From contig CAAFLE010000104.1 in NCBI GenBank assembly GCA_900763675.1, positions 9,599-73,598 of the forward strand: DNA of 64,000 nt, given 5' to 3'. Below the pieces are notes generated by a model. That model was not told where the DNA came from. It did not search any database and worked only from the letters and a program-made list of their open reading frames with translations. Source of the stretch: an uncultured Oscillospiraceae bacterium. GTDB lineage: Bacteria; Bacillota; Clostridia; Oscillospirales; Oscillospiraceae. Of this stretch, positions 44,784 to 54,403 are shown one piece after another (positions within the stretch are counted from its first letter, which is position 1; each line of letters begins with the position of its first letter). The translations under genes were made by a program, and so were the position numbers.

Positions 44784-45481
44784 AACGATTTTTCCGGAAC
44801 TTTGCCTTCGCCGCGTTCGGCGTGAGCATTCTCTGTCTCGCGCTCGGCGTCGCGATGCTCGTCTGGACGGCGACCGCCGTGAAGTGGATCAGCTATGGCT
44901 TCGGCGCGGTGATGGTCCTTTCGGGCATTTTGCAGATCGCCTCCTATCTCACCGGGGAGCGCGTGGGGCTGCTGCGAAAGCTGCTTTTGATCTCCGGCAT
45001 TATCGCCGCGGTCGCGGGCGCGTGGATTTTGCTTACGCAAAGTCTTGTTTCGCAGATCATGCGCCTGACGGTCATCGTGATGGGCGTCGTGCTGCTCTAC
45101 CATGGCTTTCTGGACTGCAAGCACGGGCTGGACATCAAGGGCTGCGGCACCCGAGGCGCGGGCGCGGCGCTCGTGCTGGGCGTGTGCATCTGCGCCGCCG
45201 GTGTGCTGGTCCTTGTCAACCCGTTCGACAAGGCGGACACGCTCCTCTTTGCCGCGGCGCTCGGCTTTCTGCTGGACGGCATTTCCGGGCTTTTCACCGC
45301 GGTCGCGCTCGCGCACGGCAAGGCGCACGCCGAGTTTCTTGCCGGACAAGCGCCCGTCATAGAGCTGGACCCGGCGAAGAACGCGGAAACGCTGCCGGAC
45401 GAACCGAAGTCTGAGCCTCTCCCCACATCCGACGCGGCGCCGGCGGAAACCGCCGAAACGGAAACGACCAAAACCGAATAA
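44780..45481 (+). CDS. HdeD/DUF308-like membrane protein with an acidic C-terminal tail
   Basis: Six hydrophobic segments arranged in repeats. ATGA overlap with the upstream lipoprotein gene. Confidence 0.6.
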   Translation: MKRFFRNFAFAAFGVSILCLALGVAMLVWTATAVKWISYGFGAVMVLSGILQIASYLTGERVGLLRKLLLISGIIAAVAGAWILLTQSLVSQIMRLTVIVMGVVLLYHGFLDCKHGLDIKGCGTRGAGAALVLGVCICAAGVLVLVNPFDKADTLLFAAALGFLLDGISGLFTAVALAHGKAHAEFLAGQAPVIELDPAKNAETLPDEPKSEPLPTSDAAPAETAETETTKTE

Positions 45482-45568
45482 CTGCCAGCAAAAGCGGCGG
45501 CGCCCGGAATGCTCCGGACGCCGCCTTGCTGCATTTATCACAAAAACCGCCGCTTTGCACGGATTACC

Positions 45569-45605
45569 GAAAACGCCGCCGGGTCGGTCTCCGACCCCGG
45601 CGGCG
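45569..45605 (-). terminator. Intrinsic terminator after hydA
   Basis: CGCCGCCGGGTCGG-TCTC-CGACCCCGGCGGCG hairpin. A T-run follows on the minus strand. Confidence 0.65.
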
Positions 45606-45620
45606 CATTGCGGATAAAGA

Positions 45621-47315
45621 TTAAATTTCGCGTCCCTTATAATGGACGTGGAGCAGCTCGTGCTCGCGCTCGCCGATGTCGTGCAGCAGCGTTTCGATGA
45701 CGGGGTTCTGCTCGCTGCGCTTGATGAGCGCGGTCTTGTCGGCGTTGTAGAGTCCTGCAGCGCGGTCGTACTTGTCCTTGGTCAGTCCGTGCGGCTGACC
45801 CGCGCCGCCGACGCAGCCGGCGCGGCAGGTCATGACCTCGATGAGATCAAAGTATTCGCGCCCGGTCTCGATCTCGTCGATGAGCTTCTGGGCGTTGAGA
45901 AGTCCGTTGCACACCGCAAGGCGGATGGTGCGCTCGCCGACGAGCATCGTTGCCACGCGGACGCCGTCCACGCCGCGCAGACCGGAATACTCAATCGCCA
46001 TGGCGGCGTTTTTGCTCTTGTCCGGGCAGCAGCAGCGGGCGACCGCTTCCGCCACACCGCCGGTCGCGCCAAAAATGACACCGGAGCCGGTCGTGATGCC
46101 GAACGGCATATCCACGGCTTCGTCCTCCAGATTGGCAAAGTCGATGCCGCTTTCCTTGATCATATTGATCAGCTCGATCGTCGTGAGAACGGCGTCCACG
46201 TCGGGCTTGCCGTTGTGCGTGAACTCCTCGCGCTTTGCCTCGCCCTTCTTCGCAGTGCAGGGCATGATGGCGACATGGTACACCTCGCGCCCGTCGCCGT
46301 TCTTTTCGTAGTGATCGCGCAGCACGGCGGCGAACATCTCCATCGGGGACTTGCAGGAGGAGATGTGGCGGAGAAGCTCCGGACGCTGGTACTCGACATA
46401 CTTGACCCACGCCGGGCAGCAGGAGGTGAACATCGGGAATGTTCCGCCGTTTTCCAGCCGGTTCATAAACTCCTTTGCCTCGACAACGGTGGTAAGGTCG
46501 GCGGCGAAGGACGTATCAAACACCTCCGCGGCGCCCATGAGCCGGAGTGCAGCGACCATTTTGCCCATGGCGTTGTCGCCGGGACGCAGACCGAACGCCT
46601 CGCCGATGGCGACGCGGACCGCCGGGGCGATCTGGAACACAACGCGCTTGTTCCGGTCGTGCAGCGCCCGCCACACACGGCCGATGTCGTTATATACGGT
46701 GATCGCGGCGGTGGGACACACGGCGGCGCACTGACCGCAGCCGATGCAGTCGGTCTCCGCGAGCTTCTGGTCAAACGCGGGCATGACGCGCAGATTGGCA
46801 CTGCGGTGCGTAAAGTCGATGATGTTCATGCCCTGAATCTCCTCGCACGTGCGCACGCAGTCGCCGCAGAGGATGCACTTGTTCGGGTCGCGCACGACCG
46901 ACGGGCTGGAGGCGTCGAGCGGAAGCTGCTCGCGGGTGTCCTCAAACCGGACACGGCGCACGCCGAACCGCAGCGCGAGACGGCGCAGCTCGCACGCGCT
47001 GGATTTTTCGCACAGCGTACAGTCGCGGTTGTGAGAGGCGAGCAGAAGCTCAATGATCATCCGGCGGTATTTGAGCAGCCGGGCGGTGTTCGTGTGGATG
47101 GAAAGCCCGTCGCGGGGTTCCATGGAGCAGGAGGCGTCGATGCGCCCCTTGTCGTCCTCGACCACGCACATACGGCACGCGCCGTATACGGAGAGGTCGG
47201 AGTAATAGCACAGCGTCGGCATATTGATGCCCGCCTTGCGGATCACGGCGAGAACGTTTTTCTCCCCGTCGAACGGTACGCGCTGACCGTTGATATACAT
47301 GATACCCTTTGCCAT
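45621..47315 (-). CDS. hydA: [FeFe]-hydrogenase catalytic subunit (HydA, multimeric NADH/ferredoxin type)
   Basis: N-terminal 2Fe-2S and 4Fe-4S domains, and H-cluster motifs TSCCPAW, MPCTAKKGE and EVMTCRAGCVGGAGQP. GGAGGTG precedes the ATG at 47315. Confidence 0.95.
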   Translation of the reverse strand: MAKGIMYINGQRVPFDGEKNVLAVIRKAGINMPTLCYYSDLSVYGACRMCVVEDDKGRIDASCSMEPRDGLSIHTNTARLLKYRRMIIELLLASHNRDCTLCEKSSACELRRLALRFGVRRVRFEDTREQLPLDASSPSVVRDPNKCILCGDCVRTCEEIQGMNIIDFTHRSANLRVMPAFDQKLAETDCIGCGQCAAVCPTAAITVYNDIGRVWRALHDRNKRVVFQIAPAVRVAIGEAFGLRPGDNAMGKMVAALRLMGAAEVFDTSFAADLTTVVEAKEFMNRLENGGTFPMFTSCCPAWVKYVEYQRPELLRHISSCKSPMEMFAAVLRDHYEKNGDGREVYHVAIMPCTAKKGEAKREEFTHNGKPDVDAVLTTIELINMIKESGIDFANLEDEAVDMPFGITTGSGVIFGATGGVAEAVARCCCPDKSKNAAMAIEYSGLRGVDGVRVATMLVGERTIRLAVCNGLLNAQKLIDEIETGREYFDLIEVMTCRAGCVGGAGQPHGLTKDKYDRAAGLYNADKTALIKRSEQNPVIETLLHDIGEREHELLHVHYKGREI

Positions 47316-47320
47316 ATCGT

Positions 47321-49192
47321 TCACACCTCCCGAATCGCGCCGAACTTGCAGCCTTTGACGCAGGCGTTGCAGCGGATGCATTTTTCCGTGTCGATCACAA
47401 ACGGCGACTTGATCTCGCCGGAGATTGCCTCTACCGGGCAGTTCCGGGCGCACAGCCCGCAGCCCTTGCATTTTTCCGGGTCAATCTGTAATACCTTGGG
47501 CTTGCCGTTGCAGAGCGGACAGTGCTTGTCGCGCACATGGCGCTCATAGTCCTCGCGGAAGTAGCGCAGCGTAGACTGCACGGGCTTGCAGGCGCTCTGC
47601 CCGAGACCGCAGAGCGCGGTGTGGGAGATCGTGTCGGAAAGCTCCTCAAGAAGCTCAATGTCCTCCTCGCTGCCCTCGTTGCCGACAATGCGCTCGAGCG
47701 CTTCGAGCATACGCTTCGTACCCTCGCGGCAGGGGATGCACTTGCCGCAGGATTCCTTCTGCGTGAATTTCATAAAGAAGCGGGCGACCTCCGCCATGCA
47801 GGTGTCCTCGTCCATGACGACGAGACCGCCGGAGCCCATGATTGCGCCGACGTGCTTGAGCGAGTCGTAGTCCAGCGGGAGATCCAGATGCTCCTCGGTG
47901 AGACAGCCGCCGCTCGGTCCGCCGATCTGTACGGCCTTGAATTTCTTTCCGTCCTTGATGCCGCCGCCGATGTCAAAAATGATCTCACGCAGCGTCGTTC
48001 CCATCGGCACTTCGATGAGACCGGTGTGGCGGATGTTTCCCGCAAGCGCAAAGGCCTTGGTGCCGGGGGAGGTCGCGTTACCGATGGCGCGGTAAGCGTT
48101 GGCGCCCTCGTTGATGATATAGGGGATGTTGGCAAAGGTTTCCACATTGTTGAGCACGGTGGGCTTTGCCCAGAGACCCTTTTCCACGGTGCGCGGGGGC
48201 TTGGTGCGCGGCATGCCGCGGTTGCCCTCGATGGACGCGGTCAGCGCGCTGCCCTCGCCGCAGACGAACGCGCCCGCGCCGCGGTTGATGCGGAGGTCAA
48301 AGGAGAACGCCGTGCCGAGAATGCTCTCACCGAGCAGACCGACGTCGCGTGCCTGATCAATGGCCTTCTGCAAGCGTTCGACCGCGAGAGGATACTCCGC
48401 ACGGACGTAGATATAACCGCTGCCGGCACCGACCGCGATCGCGGCGATCATCATACCCTCCAAAATGGAGTGCGGATTGCCCTCCATGATGCCCTCGTCC
48501 ATGAACGCGCCGGGGTCGCCCTCGTCGCCGTTGCAGACGATATATTTGACCGGAGAATCTTGACGGCGCACGCTGTCCCACTTTTTGCCGGTGGGGAAGC
48601 CGCCGCCGCCGCGCCCGCGCAGACCGGAGGAAATGACCTCCATGCAGATCTGCTCGTCCGTCATTTCAAAAAGGGCTTTTTCAAAGGCGGAATAGCCGCC
48701 CTTGGCGATGTACTCCCAAATATCCTCGCAATTGGAGAGACCGCATTCCCGGAGAATCAGCCGCTGCTGCTTCAAATAAAAGGGAATATCGTCGCGCGCC
48801 TTGTACTTTTTTCCGTCCTCCTCAAAGAGAAGGCGCTGGATCACCTTGCCACCCTTTACGGTCTTTTCGATGATTTCCTCGCAGTCCTCGGGCTTGACAT
48901 GGGTATATATGACGTTCATCGGGGAGATGTTCACAAGCGGACCGATCTCGCAGAAGCCGTGGCAGCCGGTTTTCTTGAGATGGACGGCGTCGTCGGCGTG
49001 TTCCGAAAGACTGACGGAAACCGGCAGGCCCTTTTCCTTGCACAGCCGGTGCAGCGTCTCATATACTGCCATGGCGCCGCTGGCGATGCAGCCGGTGCCG
49101 GCGCAGACCATGACCGACAAGCCCTCGCGGGCAAGAGTCTTTTCCGCCTTCCAGCGCTGGGCGTCAAACGTAAGCTTTGTGCGTCGGATCAT
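47321..49192 (-). CDS. hydB: NuoF-like flavoprotein subunit of the hydrogenase (HydB)
   Basis: GLRGRGGGGFPTGKKW (FMN/NADH site), ESCGKCIPCREG, and C-terminal CKGCGLCARNCP / CIRCNACVKGC. The ATG at 49192 overlaps the hydC stop. Confidence 0.95.
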   Translation of the reverse strand: MIRRTKLTFDAQRWKAEKTLAREGLSVMVCAGTGCIASGAMAVYETLHRLCKEKGLPVSVSLSEHADDAVHLKKTGCHGFCEIGPLVNISPMNVIYTHVKPEDCEEIIEKTVKGGKVIQRLLFEEDGKKYKARDDIPFYLKQQRLILRECGLSNCEDIWEYIAKGGYSAFEKALFEMTDEQICMEVISSGLRGRGGGGFPTGKKWDSVRRQDSPVKYIVCNGDEGDPGAFMDEGIMEGNPHSILEGMMIAAIAVGAGSGYIYVRAEYPLAVERLQKAIDQARDVGLLGESILGTAFSFDLRINRGAGAFVCGEGSALTASIEGNRGMPRTKPPRTVEKGLWAKPTVLNNVETFANIPYIINEGANAYRAIGNATSPGTKAFALAGNIRHTGLIEVPMGTTLREIIFDIGGGIKDGKKFKAVQIGGPSGGCLTEEHLDLPLDYDSLKHVGAIMGSGGLVVMDEDTCMAEVARFFMKFTQKESCGKCIPCREGTKRMLEALERIVGNEGSEEDIELLEELSDTISHTALCGLGQSACKPVQSTLRYFREDYERHVRDKHCPLCNGKPKVLQIDPEKCKGCGLCARNCPVEAISGEIKSPFVIDTEKCIRCNACVKGCKFGAIREV

Positions 49193-49671
49193 TTCGACTC
49201 CTCCTTCCGGATCCTCTCTACAAGAGCGATCGCCTTTTCCGGCGTCATCTTTGCGTGGACCTCGCCGTTCACGGTAAGCACCGGCGCAAGACCGCACGCG
49301 CCGAGACACGCAACGGTCTCCAGCGTGAAGAGCATATCGCTGCTCGTCACCTTCTTCTCGTTCAGCCCGAGATGCTCCTCCAAAGCCTCCAGGATCGGCT
49401 GGGATTTTCGCACATGGCATGCCGTGCCGTCGCACACGCGTAGGATGTACTTGCCCTTCGCCTCCAGCGAAAAGCGGTCGTAGAACGTCGCCACGCTGTA
49501 GACCTTGCCCGGACTGATGTGCAGCCGCCCCGCCAGATGCACCAGCACCTCCGGCGGAAGATACTTGTAATGCTCCTGCACATCCTGCATCATGCCGATC
49601 AGGTTTTCCCGCCGGCAGTCGTGGTTGTCCACGATCTGGTCGGTCAGGGTGAAATCGCCATCAAATAACAT
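49189..49671 (-). CDS. hydC: NuoE-like [2Fe-2S] subunit of the hydrogenase (HydC)
   Basis: VCDGTACHV ... CLGACGLAP, the thioredoxin-like 2Fe-2S motif. Confidence 0.9.
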   Translation of the reverse strand: MLFDGDFTLTDQIVDNHDCRRENLIGMMQDVQEHYKYLPPEVLVHLAGRLHISPGKVYSVATFYDRFSLEAKGKYILRVCDGTACHVRKSQPILEALEEHLGLNEKKVTSSDMLFTLETVACLGACGLAPVLTVNGEVHAKMTPEKAIALVERIRKEESK

Positions 49672-49749
49672 AACACAAATTCCCCTTTTTGTTGTTTAGA
49701 TAACGGTTTAACATGGAAAAACACTATCCTCACAAGCATACCACATGAG

Positions 49750-49764
49750 TGTTGAATTATCAAC
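49750..49764. promoter_or_regulatory. Candidate Rex-like operator upstream of hydCBA
   Basis: TGTTGA-ATTA-TCAAC near-palindrome about 80 nt upstream of the hydC start. It resembles the Rex consensus TTGTTAAnnnnTTAACAA only partially. Confidence 0.3.
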
Positions 49765-49807
49765 CCTTTTTTCAAAGAGTGACAGGTTTTTTACACGGAA
49801 TCTTTCG

Positions 49808-49836
49808 TTGCACCGGCGATGACCTTGTGGTATAAT
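49808..49836 (+). promoter_or_regulatory. Promoter for the DUF362 gene
   Basis: TTGCAC, 17 nt, TATAAT with an extended -10 TG. Confidence 0.55.
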
Positions 49837-49874
49837 CAACAATTAGACTGTAGCTGAATAAGGGAGAAAGAACC

Positions 49875-51023
49875 ATGCAGGAACCGAGGCTTTCCATCGT
49901 ATCGTGCCGGGATTATTCCCCGGAAAATGTGCGCTCGGCGCTTATCTCGGCGCTCTCCGCCGCCGGCGGGCTGGACTGGGTCAAGCCCGGAATGCGCATC
50001 GGCATCAAGCTCAATCTCTGCGCGGCGCGAAAGCCCGAGCAGGCGGCGACGACGCACCCGGTCATGGCGGCGGAGCTTACAAGACTTTTGCACGAGCGGG
50101 GAGCGGAGGTCGTCCTCGGCGACAGCCCCGGCGAGCCGTTTTCCGCTGTGGTGCTTAACCGTGTATACTCGCTCGGAAACTATGCCCTATGCGAAGCGGC
50201 GGGCGGCGTGCTGAACCGGGACTTTTCGCACCATACGGTCGAATACCCGGCGGCGGTCACGGTAAAGAGCTTTGAATATACCTCGTGGCTGGAAAGCTGC
50301 GACGCCGTTATCAACTTCTCCAAGCTCAAAGCCCACGGGCTGATGGGCATGACGGCGGCGGTGAAAAACCTATACGGCGTCATCCCCGGCACGGTGAAGA
50401 GCGAATACCACTTCCGCTATCCCGATCCGACGGCGTTTGCGAATATGCTTGTCGATCTGAACGAATACGTCCGCCCGGTGCTGTGCCTGTGCGACGCGGT
50501 GGACATCATGGAGGGCAACGGTCCCACGCAGGGAACGCCCCGCCATATGGGGGCGCTCATCGCGTCCACCAGCTCCTACGAGCTGGACCGGCTGTGCGCA
50601 TGGCTGTGCGGGCTGGAGGAAAAGGAGCTGCCGTATCTCACGGCGGCAAAGCAGCGCGGACTGCTCTCCGAAAACGGCGAGCCGCTCTGCCGCGAGGACG
50701 CCGCGCCGTACCGTGTGACCGGCTTTGTCCGCTCCGGCGCAACGTGCAGCTGGTTCACGCCGAACCCGGAGGATAAGCCGTTCCGCAAGCTCGTAAAAAA
50801 GTGCATTGCCGTGCTGCTCCGTTCCAAGCCGGCGCTTGGCGAGGGCTGCACCGGCTGCGGACACTGCGCCCGGCTCTGCCCGGCGGGCGCGATCACCATC
50901 GTGAACAAACGCGCCGTCATCGACCGGAAGAAGTGCGTGCGCTGCTTCTGCTGCCAGGAGTTCTGCCCCTCCGGCGCAATGCGGGCAAAGCGCTCGTTCG
51001 TGGCGCGGCTGCTGAGTAAATAA
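49875..51023 (+). CDS. DUF362-domain protein with a C-terminal 2x[4Fe-4S] ferredoxin domain
   Basis: DUF362-like N-terminal region (IKLNLC...THP) and CTGCGHCARLCP / CVRCFCCQEFCP. Confidence 0.75.
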   Translation: MQEPRLSIVSCRDYSPENVRSALISALSAAGGLDWVKPGMRIGIKLNLCAARKPEQAATTHPVMAAELTRLLHERGAEVVLGDSPGEPFSAVVLNRVYSLGNYALCEAAGGVLNRDFSHHTVEYPAAVTVKSFEYTSWLESCDAVINFSKLKAHGLMGMTAAVKNLYGVIPGTVKSEYHFRYPDPTAFANMLVDLNEYVRPVLCLCDAVDIMEGNGPTQGTPRHMGALIASTSSYELDRLCAWLCGLEEKELPYLTAAKQRGLLSENGEPLCREDAAPYRVTGFVRSGATCSWFTPNPEDKPFRKLVKKCIAVLLRSKPALGEGCTGCGHCARLCPAGAITIVNKRAVIDRKKCVRCFCCQEFCPSGAMRAKRSFVARLLSK

Positions 51024-51059
51024 TGAGAGATTTAAGAGAATCATAAGAAGGAAACATCC

Positions 51060-52313
51060 ATGCATTTCTTTTCACAGTACCGGGGACTCCGCCGGGAGAA
51101 CTATGTTCTCTTTTTCGGGCGGATCGTGACGAATATGGGGTCTATGGTCTGGCCCATGCTCACGATGATCCTCAACCAGAAGCTCGGCATGAGCGCGGCG
51201 AACATCGCCATTCTGACCGCCGTCACCGGCATACTGATGATGCCGGCAAATTTGCTCGGCGGTAAGCTCGCCGACCGGCTGAACAAAAAGAATATCATCA
51301 TCGTCGGCGACATCGTTTCGGTGGTGTGCTACATACTCTGCGGCTGCTTCCCGCTCGGCATGGGGACGATCGTTCTCATGCTGGTGGCAAGTCTGTTCCA
51401 GAGCGTTGAGGGACCGGCGTACAGCGCCATGATCGCCGACATTACGCCCATGGAGGATCGCGACAGGGCGTATTCGCTCCAGTACTGGGGCGCAAATCTC
51501 GGTCTGGTCCTCTCGCCGACGCTCAGCGGACTGCTGTTCAAAAACTATCTGTGGCTGGCGTTCATCATCAGCGGTGTCGCCATCGGCTGCTCGACGGTTC
51601 TCATCTGGTTTTTCGTCCGCGATATAACGCCGGTGGAGCAGACCGGCAGCCGCGCCGAGTACCAGATTGCCCGCGACGGGGAGAGCATTTTCTCGATCCT
51701 CCGCCAGAATCCGACCATCATTCTCTACCTTGCCGTGTCGGCGCTGTGCAGCGCGGCATACGACCAGTACGGCTATCTCATGCCGCTCGATCTCGGACGC
51801 ATCCACGGGGAGAACGGCGCGGTGATCTACGGCACGGTGTCCAGTCTCAACTGCATCGTGGTCGTGCTGTTCACGCCGCTCATCACGCGCCTTTTCCGCC
51901 GCATGACGGACACGAAAAAGTTCCTGACCGGACGGATGCTGTTCCTCGCAGGCTACGTCATGTTTCTTGCGTTCCTCGGCGTTATCCCGATGTACTATGC
52001 CGCCATGCTGGTGTTTACCTGGGGCGAGATCATCAACACGATCGCCGACGGACCGTATCTCGCGGCGCGTACCCCGGCGTCGCACCGCGGGCGCATCCAC
52101 GGCGTTTCCATCGTGATCTATACGGTATTGCGCGGCATATTCAATATTGCCGAGGGCAAGGCATACGATGCCTACGGCTCCACCGCCGCGTGGGGACTGA
52201 CCATCGGCGCTCTGACCGTATCCATCGTGCTTTCCGTCTGGCTGATCTTCCGCGACCGGGCGCGGTATCCGCGTCTGTACGAGGAAGCCGCGGCGGAACC
52301 GGCAAGCAAGTAA
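51060..52313 (+). CDS. MFS transporter
   Basis: 12 hydrophobic segments and the MFS loop GGKLADRLNKK. Confidence 0.8.
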   Translation: MHFFSQYRGLRRENYVLFFGRIVTNMGSMVWPMLTMILNQKLGMSAANIAILTAVTGILMMPANLLGGKLADRLNKKNIIIVGDIVSVVCYILCGCFPLGMGTIVLMLVASLFQSVEGPAYSAMIADITPMEDRDRAYSLQYWGANLGLVLSPTLSGLLFKNYLWLAFIISGVAIGCSTVLIWFFVRDITPVEQTGSRAEYQIARDGESIFSILRQNPTIILYLAVSALCSAAYDQYGYLMPLDLGRIHGENGAVIYGTVSSLNCIVVVLFTPLITRLFRRMTDTKKFLTGRMLFLAGYVMFLAFLGVIPMYYAAMLVFTWGEIINTIADGPYLAARTPASHRGRIHGVSIVIYTVLRGIFNIAEGKAYDAYGSTAAWGLTIGALTVSIVLSVWLIFRDRARYPRLYEEAAAEPASK

Positions 52314-52318
52314 AAAAA

Positions 52319-52356
52319 CATCCCCGGAAAACCGTTTCTGCGGTTTTCCGGGGATG
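52319..52356. terminator. Bidirectional intrinsic terminator
   Basis: CATCCCCGGAAAACCG-loop-CGGTTTTCCGGGGATG, with an A-run before and a T-run shortly after. Confidence 0.7.
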
Positions 52357-52374
52357 CAGCTGCTTTTTCGGCGT

Positions 52375-52821
52375 TCAGCGTTCGCACTCCGTCCAGAGCA
52401 TGGGAATATGAGGAATGTCGTCCTCCAGAAACTCGTCGCCGACCTGCCGGAAGCCGTGACGCTCGTAGAGCTTGCGGGCGTAGGTCTGCGCCTCAATGCG
52501 GATGGTTTCGGCGCCGTACTTTTCCCGTGCCGCGGCGATGCCCGCATCGAGAATTTTATGTCCGAGCCCGCGGCCGCGCTCGGTCGTCAGCACACGCCCG
52601 ATGGACACCTCTTCAAACGAAACGCCCCGGTCCAGCACGCGCAGATACGCCTTGATGCCGGTCTCATCGCGGAGCCAGATGTGGTATGCCTGCTTGTCGC
52701 GCCCGTCCACCTCTTCATAGGGGCAGTGCTGCTCCACGACAAAAACCTGCACGCGGACGCGCAGAAGCTCGTACAGCTCGTCCGCCGTCAGCTCGGAATA
52801 GTGCTTTACGATAAGCTCCAT
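52375..52821 (-). CDS. GNAT-family N-acetyltransferase (ElaA-like)
   Basis: ELYELLRVRVQVFVVEQHCPY and RGRGLGHKIL (acetyl-CoA loop). Confidence 0.85.
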   Translation of the reverse strand: MELIVKHYSELTADELYELLRVRVQVFVVEQHCPYEEVDGRDKQAYHIWLRDETGIKAYLRVLDRGVSFEEVSIGRVLTTERGRGLGHKILDAGIAAAREKYGAETIRIEAQTYARKLYERHGFRQVGDEFLEDDIPHIPMLWTECER

Positions 52822-52914
52822 TGTCTCGTTCTCCTTCGCAAAAACGCTTTTTCAATTATACGCCCGGCGGCACCTTTTGTAAACGGCGCTGCGCGGTGCA
52901 AAAGGAGTTTTTCC

Positions 52915-53742
52915 ATGAAACGTATTCTTGCCGGACTGCTGGCGCTCGCCGCGCTGCTCGCGCTCTGCGCCTGCGGAAACGCCGCGCCGGACGGCGCTTT
53001 TTCGCTGGATATACTCGATACCGGAAAATCGGACTGCATCCTTGTGTGCATGGATGGCGTCGTGATCGTGAACGACGCTGCCGACGAGGATGATTTCGAC
53101 GTCATCTGCGCTGCGCTGGAGCGCCGCGGCGCGGAGCGTATCGACTATCTGATCCTCAGCCATTACGACAAGGACCACATCGGCTCGGCGGCGGCGCTTG
53201 TGCGCTCGTACCCGGTGGGGCAGATCCTCGGTCCGGCGTATGAGGAGAAGTCGGTGTATTATACGCAGCTCAAACGCGCCGCGGCGGAGCGGAACACGCC
53301 CTTCCTCCGTCTGACGGAGGACCGGACGCTCCAAACGGAAAACGGCTCGGTCACCGCCGACCCGCCCGACACCGACTACGGCGACGATAACAACAACTCC
53401 GTCGTCACGACCGTAACGTGGCGCGGCGAGAGCTTCCTCCTGCTCGGCGACGCGAAGAAAGACCGCATGAACGAGCAGCTCGACAAAACGCCGGAGACGC
53501 TGGAACTCATCAAGCTCCCGCACCACGGCGACAGCAATAAGCCGCTTTTGAAGCTCATCGGGCAGACGAGACCGCGCTATGCCGTCGCCACCGTCTCCCC
53601 GGCGGAGGAGGTTGAGGATAAGCTGCTTGCAGCGCTTGCCGCGGCGGGAACGCAGGTTTTCCGAACCGACGGCGGCGCGGTGAGCGTCGAGTGGACGGAC
53701 GGCGGCTTCACCGTTATGCAGCAAACCCCGCAGGATTTTTAA
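52915..53742 (+). CDS. MBL-fold lipoprotein (ComEC C-terminal-domain-like)
   Basis: Lipobox LALCAC, SHYDKDHIG and LPHHGDS. AAAGGAG precedes the ATG at 52915. The track ORF start at 52354 is antisense to the GNAT gene. Confidence 0.8.
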   Translation: MKRILAGLLALAALLALCACGNAAPDGAFSLDILDTGKSDCILVCMDGVVIVNDAADEDDFDVICAALERRGAERIDYLILSHYDKDHIGSAAALVRSYPVGQILGPAYEEKSVYYTQLKRAAAERNTPFLRLTEDRTLQTENGSVTADPPDTDYGDDNNNSVVTTVTWRGESFLLLGDAKKDRMNEQLDKTPETLELIKLPHHGDSNKPLLKLIGQTRPRYAVATVSPAEEVEDKLLAALAAAGTQVFRTDGGAVSVEWTDGGFTVMQQTPQDF

Positions 53743-53754
53743 AATCCTGCGGGG
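53726..53754. terminator. Perfect 14-bp-arm palindrome spanning the stop codon (bidirectional terminator candidate)
   Basis: CCCCGCAGGATTTT-T-AAAATCCTGCGGGG between convergent genes. Confidence 0.55.
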
Positions 53755-53762
53755 TGTTTCGT

Positions 53763-54191
53763 TCAGGTTTTCTTCTCAAAGGCATAGCCACAGCGCGGAC
53801 ACGTGATGCGGATCTTTCCCTTGCCGCGGGGGACGCGGACGACCTCCCGGCAGCTCGGGCAGCGGAAAAAGGCGTATTCCTTCCTCTGGCGGAAGCAGCT
53901 CCCGAGCAGACGGAACAAGCCGAGAAAGCGGTTCCGATAGGAGAGGTATTTCCGATTTTCCTCGCTGCGGCGCGTGATGTTCCGGGAGAAAATGCGCACA
54001 TAGCACCAGATCAGCAGCGCCAGCGCCGCCGCGGAGAACACAAGCGTAAAAAAAGAACTCTTTCCCCGCAGAGCGAGAGAGAGCAGAATGCACACGCATC
54101 CGCAGACGGACAAAAACCGACCCAATGCATCCGCGCCATATCTGCCGTTGAGAAAAGAAGAAAAATTCCGGTTGGGGAAACCACGCCGCAT
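53763..54191 (-). CDS. Membrane protein with a C-terminal zinc-ribbon
   Basis: Two TM segments followed by CPSC...CPRC. Confidence 0.65.
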   Translation of the reverse strand: MRRGFPNRNFSSFLNGRYGADALGRFLSVCGCVCILLSLALRGKSSFFTLVFSAAALALLIWCYVRIFSRNITRRSEENRKYLSYRNRFLGLFRLLGSCFRQRKEYAFFRCPSCREVVRVPRGKGKIRITCPRCGYAFEKKT

Positions 54192-54330
54192 AAATAAGAC
54201 CTCCGAGGAAAGGGAGACATTTCTTTGCCTCCCAATGACATAAACTTTAATACGAAATCGTAAATAAGTCGTGAACTTTGCGACGAATTAACAAAAAATT
54301 CATTTTTCCGGTGAACCGCCGAGCGAAATA

Positions 54331-54359
54331 TTGACAAAAAAACACGCGAGAGGTATAAT
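54331..54359 (+). promoter_or_regulatory. Sigma-70-type promoter
   Basis: TTGACA, 17 nt, TATAAT (exact consensus) upstream of 54404. Confidence 0.6.
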
Positions 54360-54403
54360 TTCATCAAAAATTTTATGTTTCCACATGAATCGGAGGGAAG
54401 ACA

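Noticed and set aside
45642-49483. Two plus-strand ORFs of 635 aa and 653 aa.
   Set aside because: They are antisense to hydA and hydB, which carry complete H-cluster and NuoF motifs.
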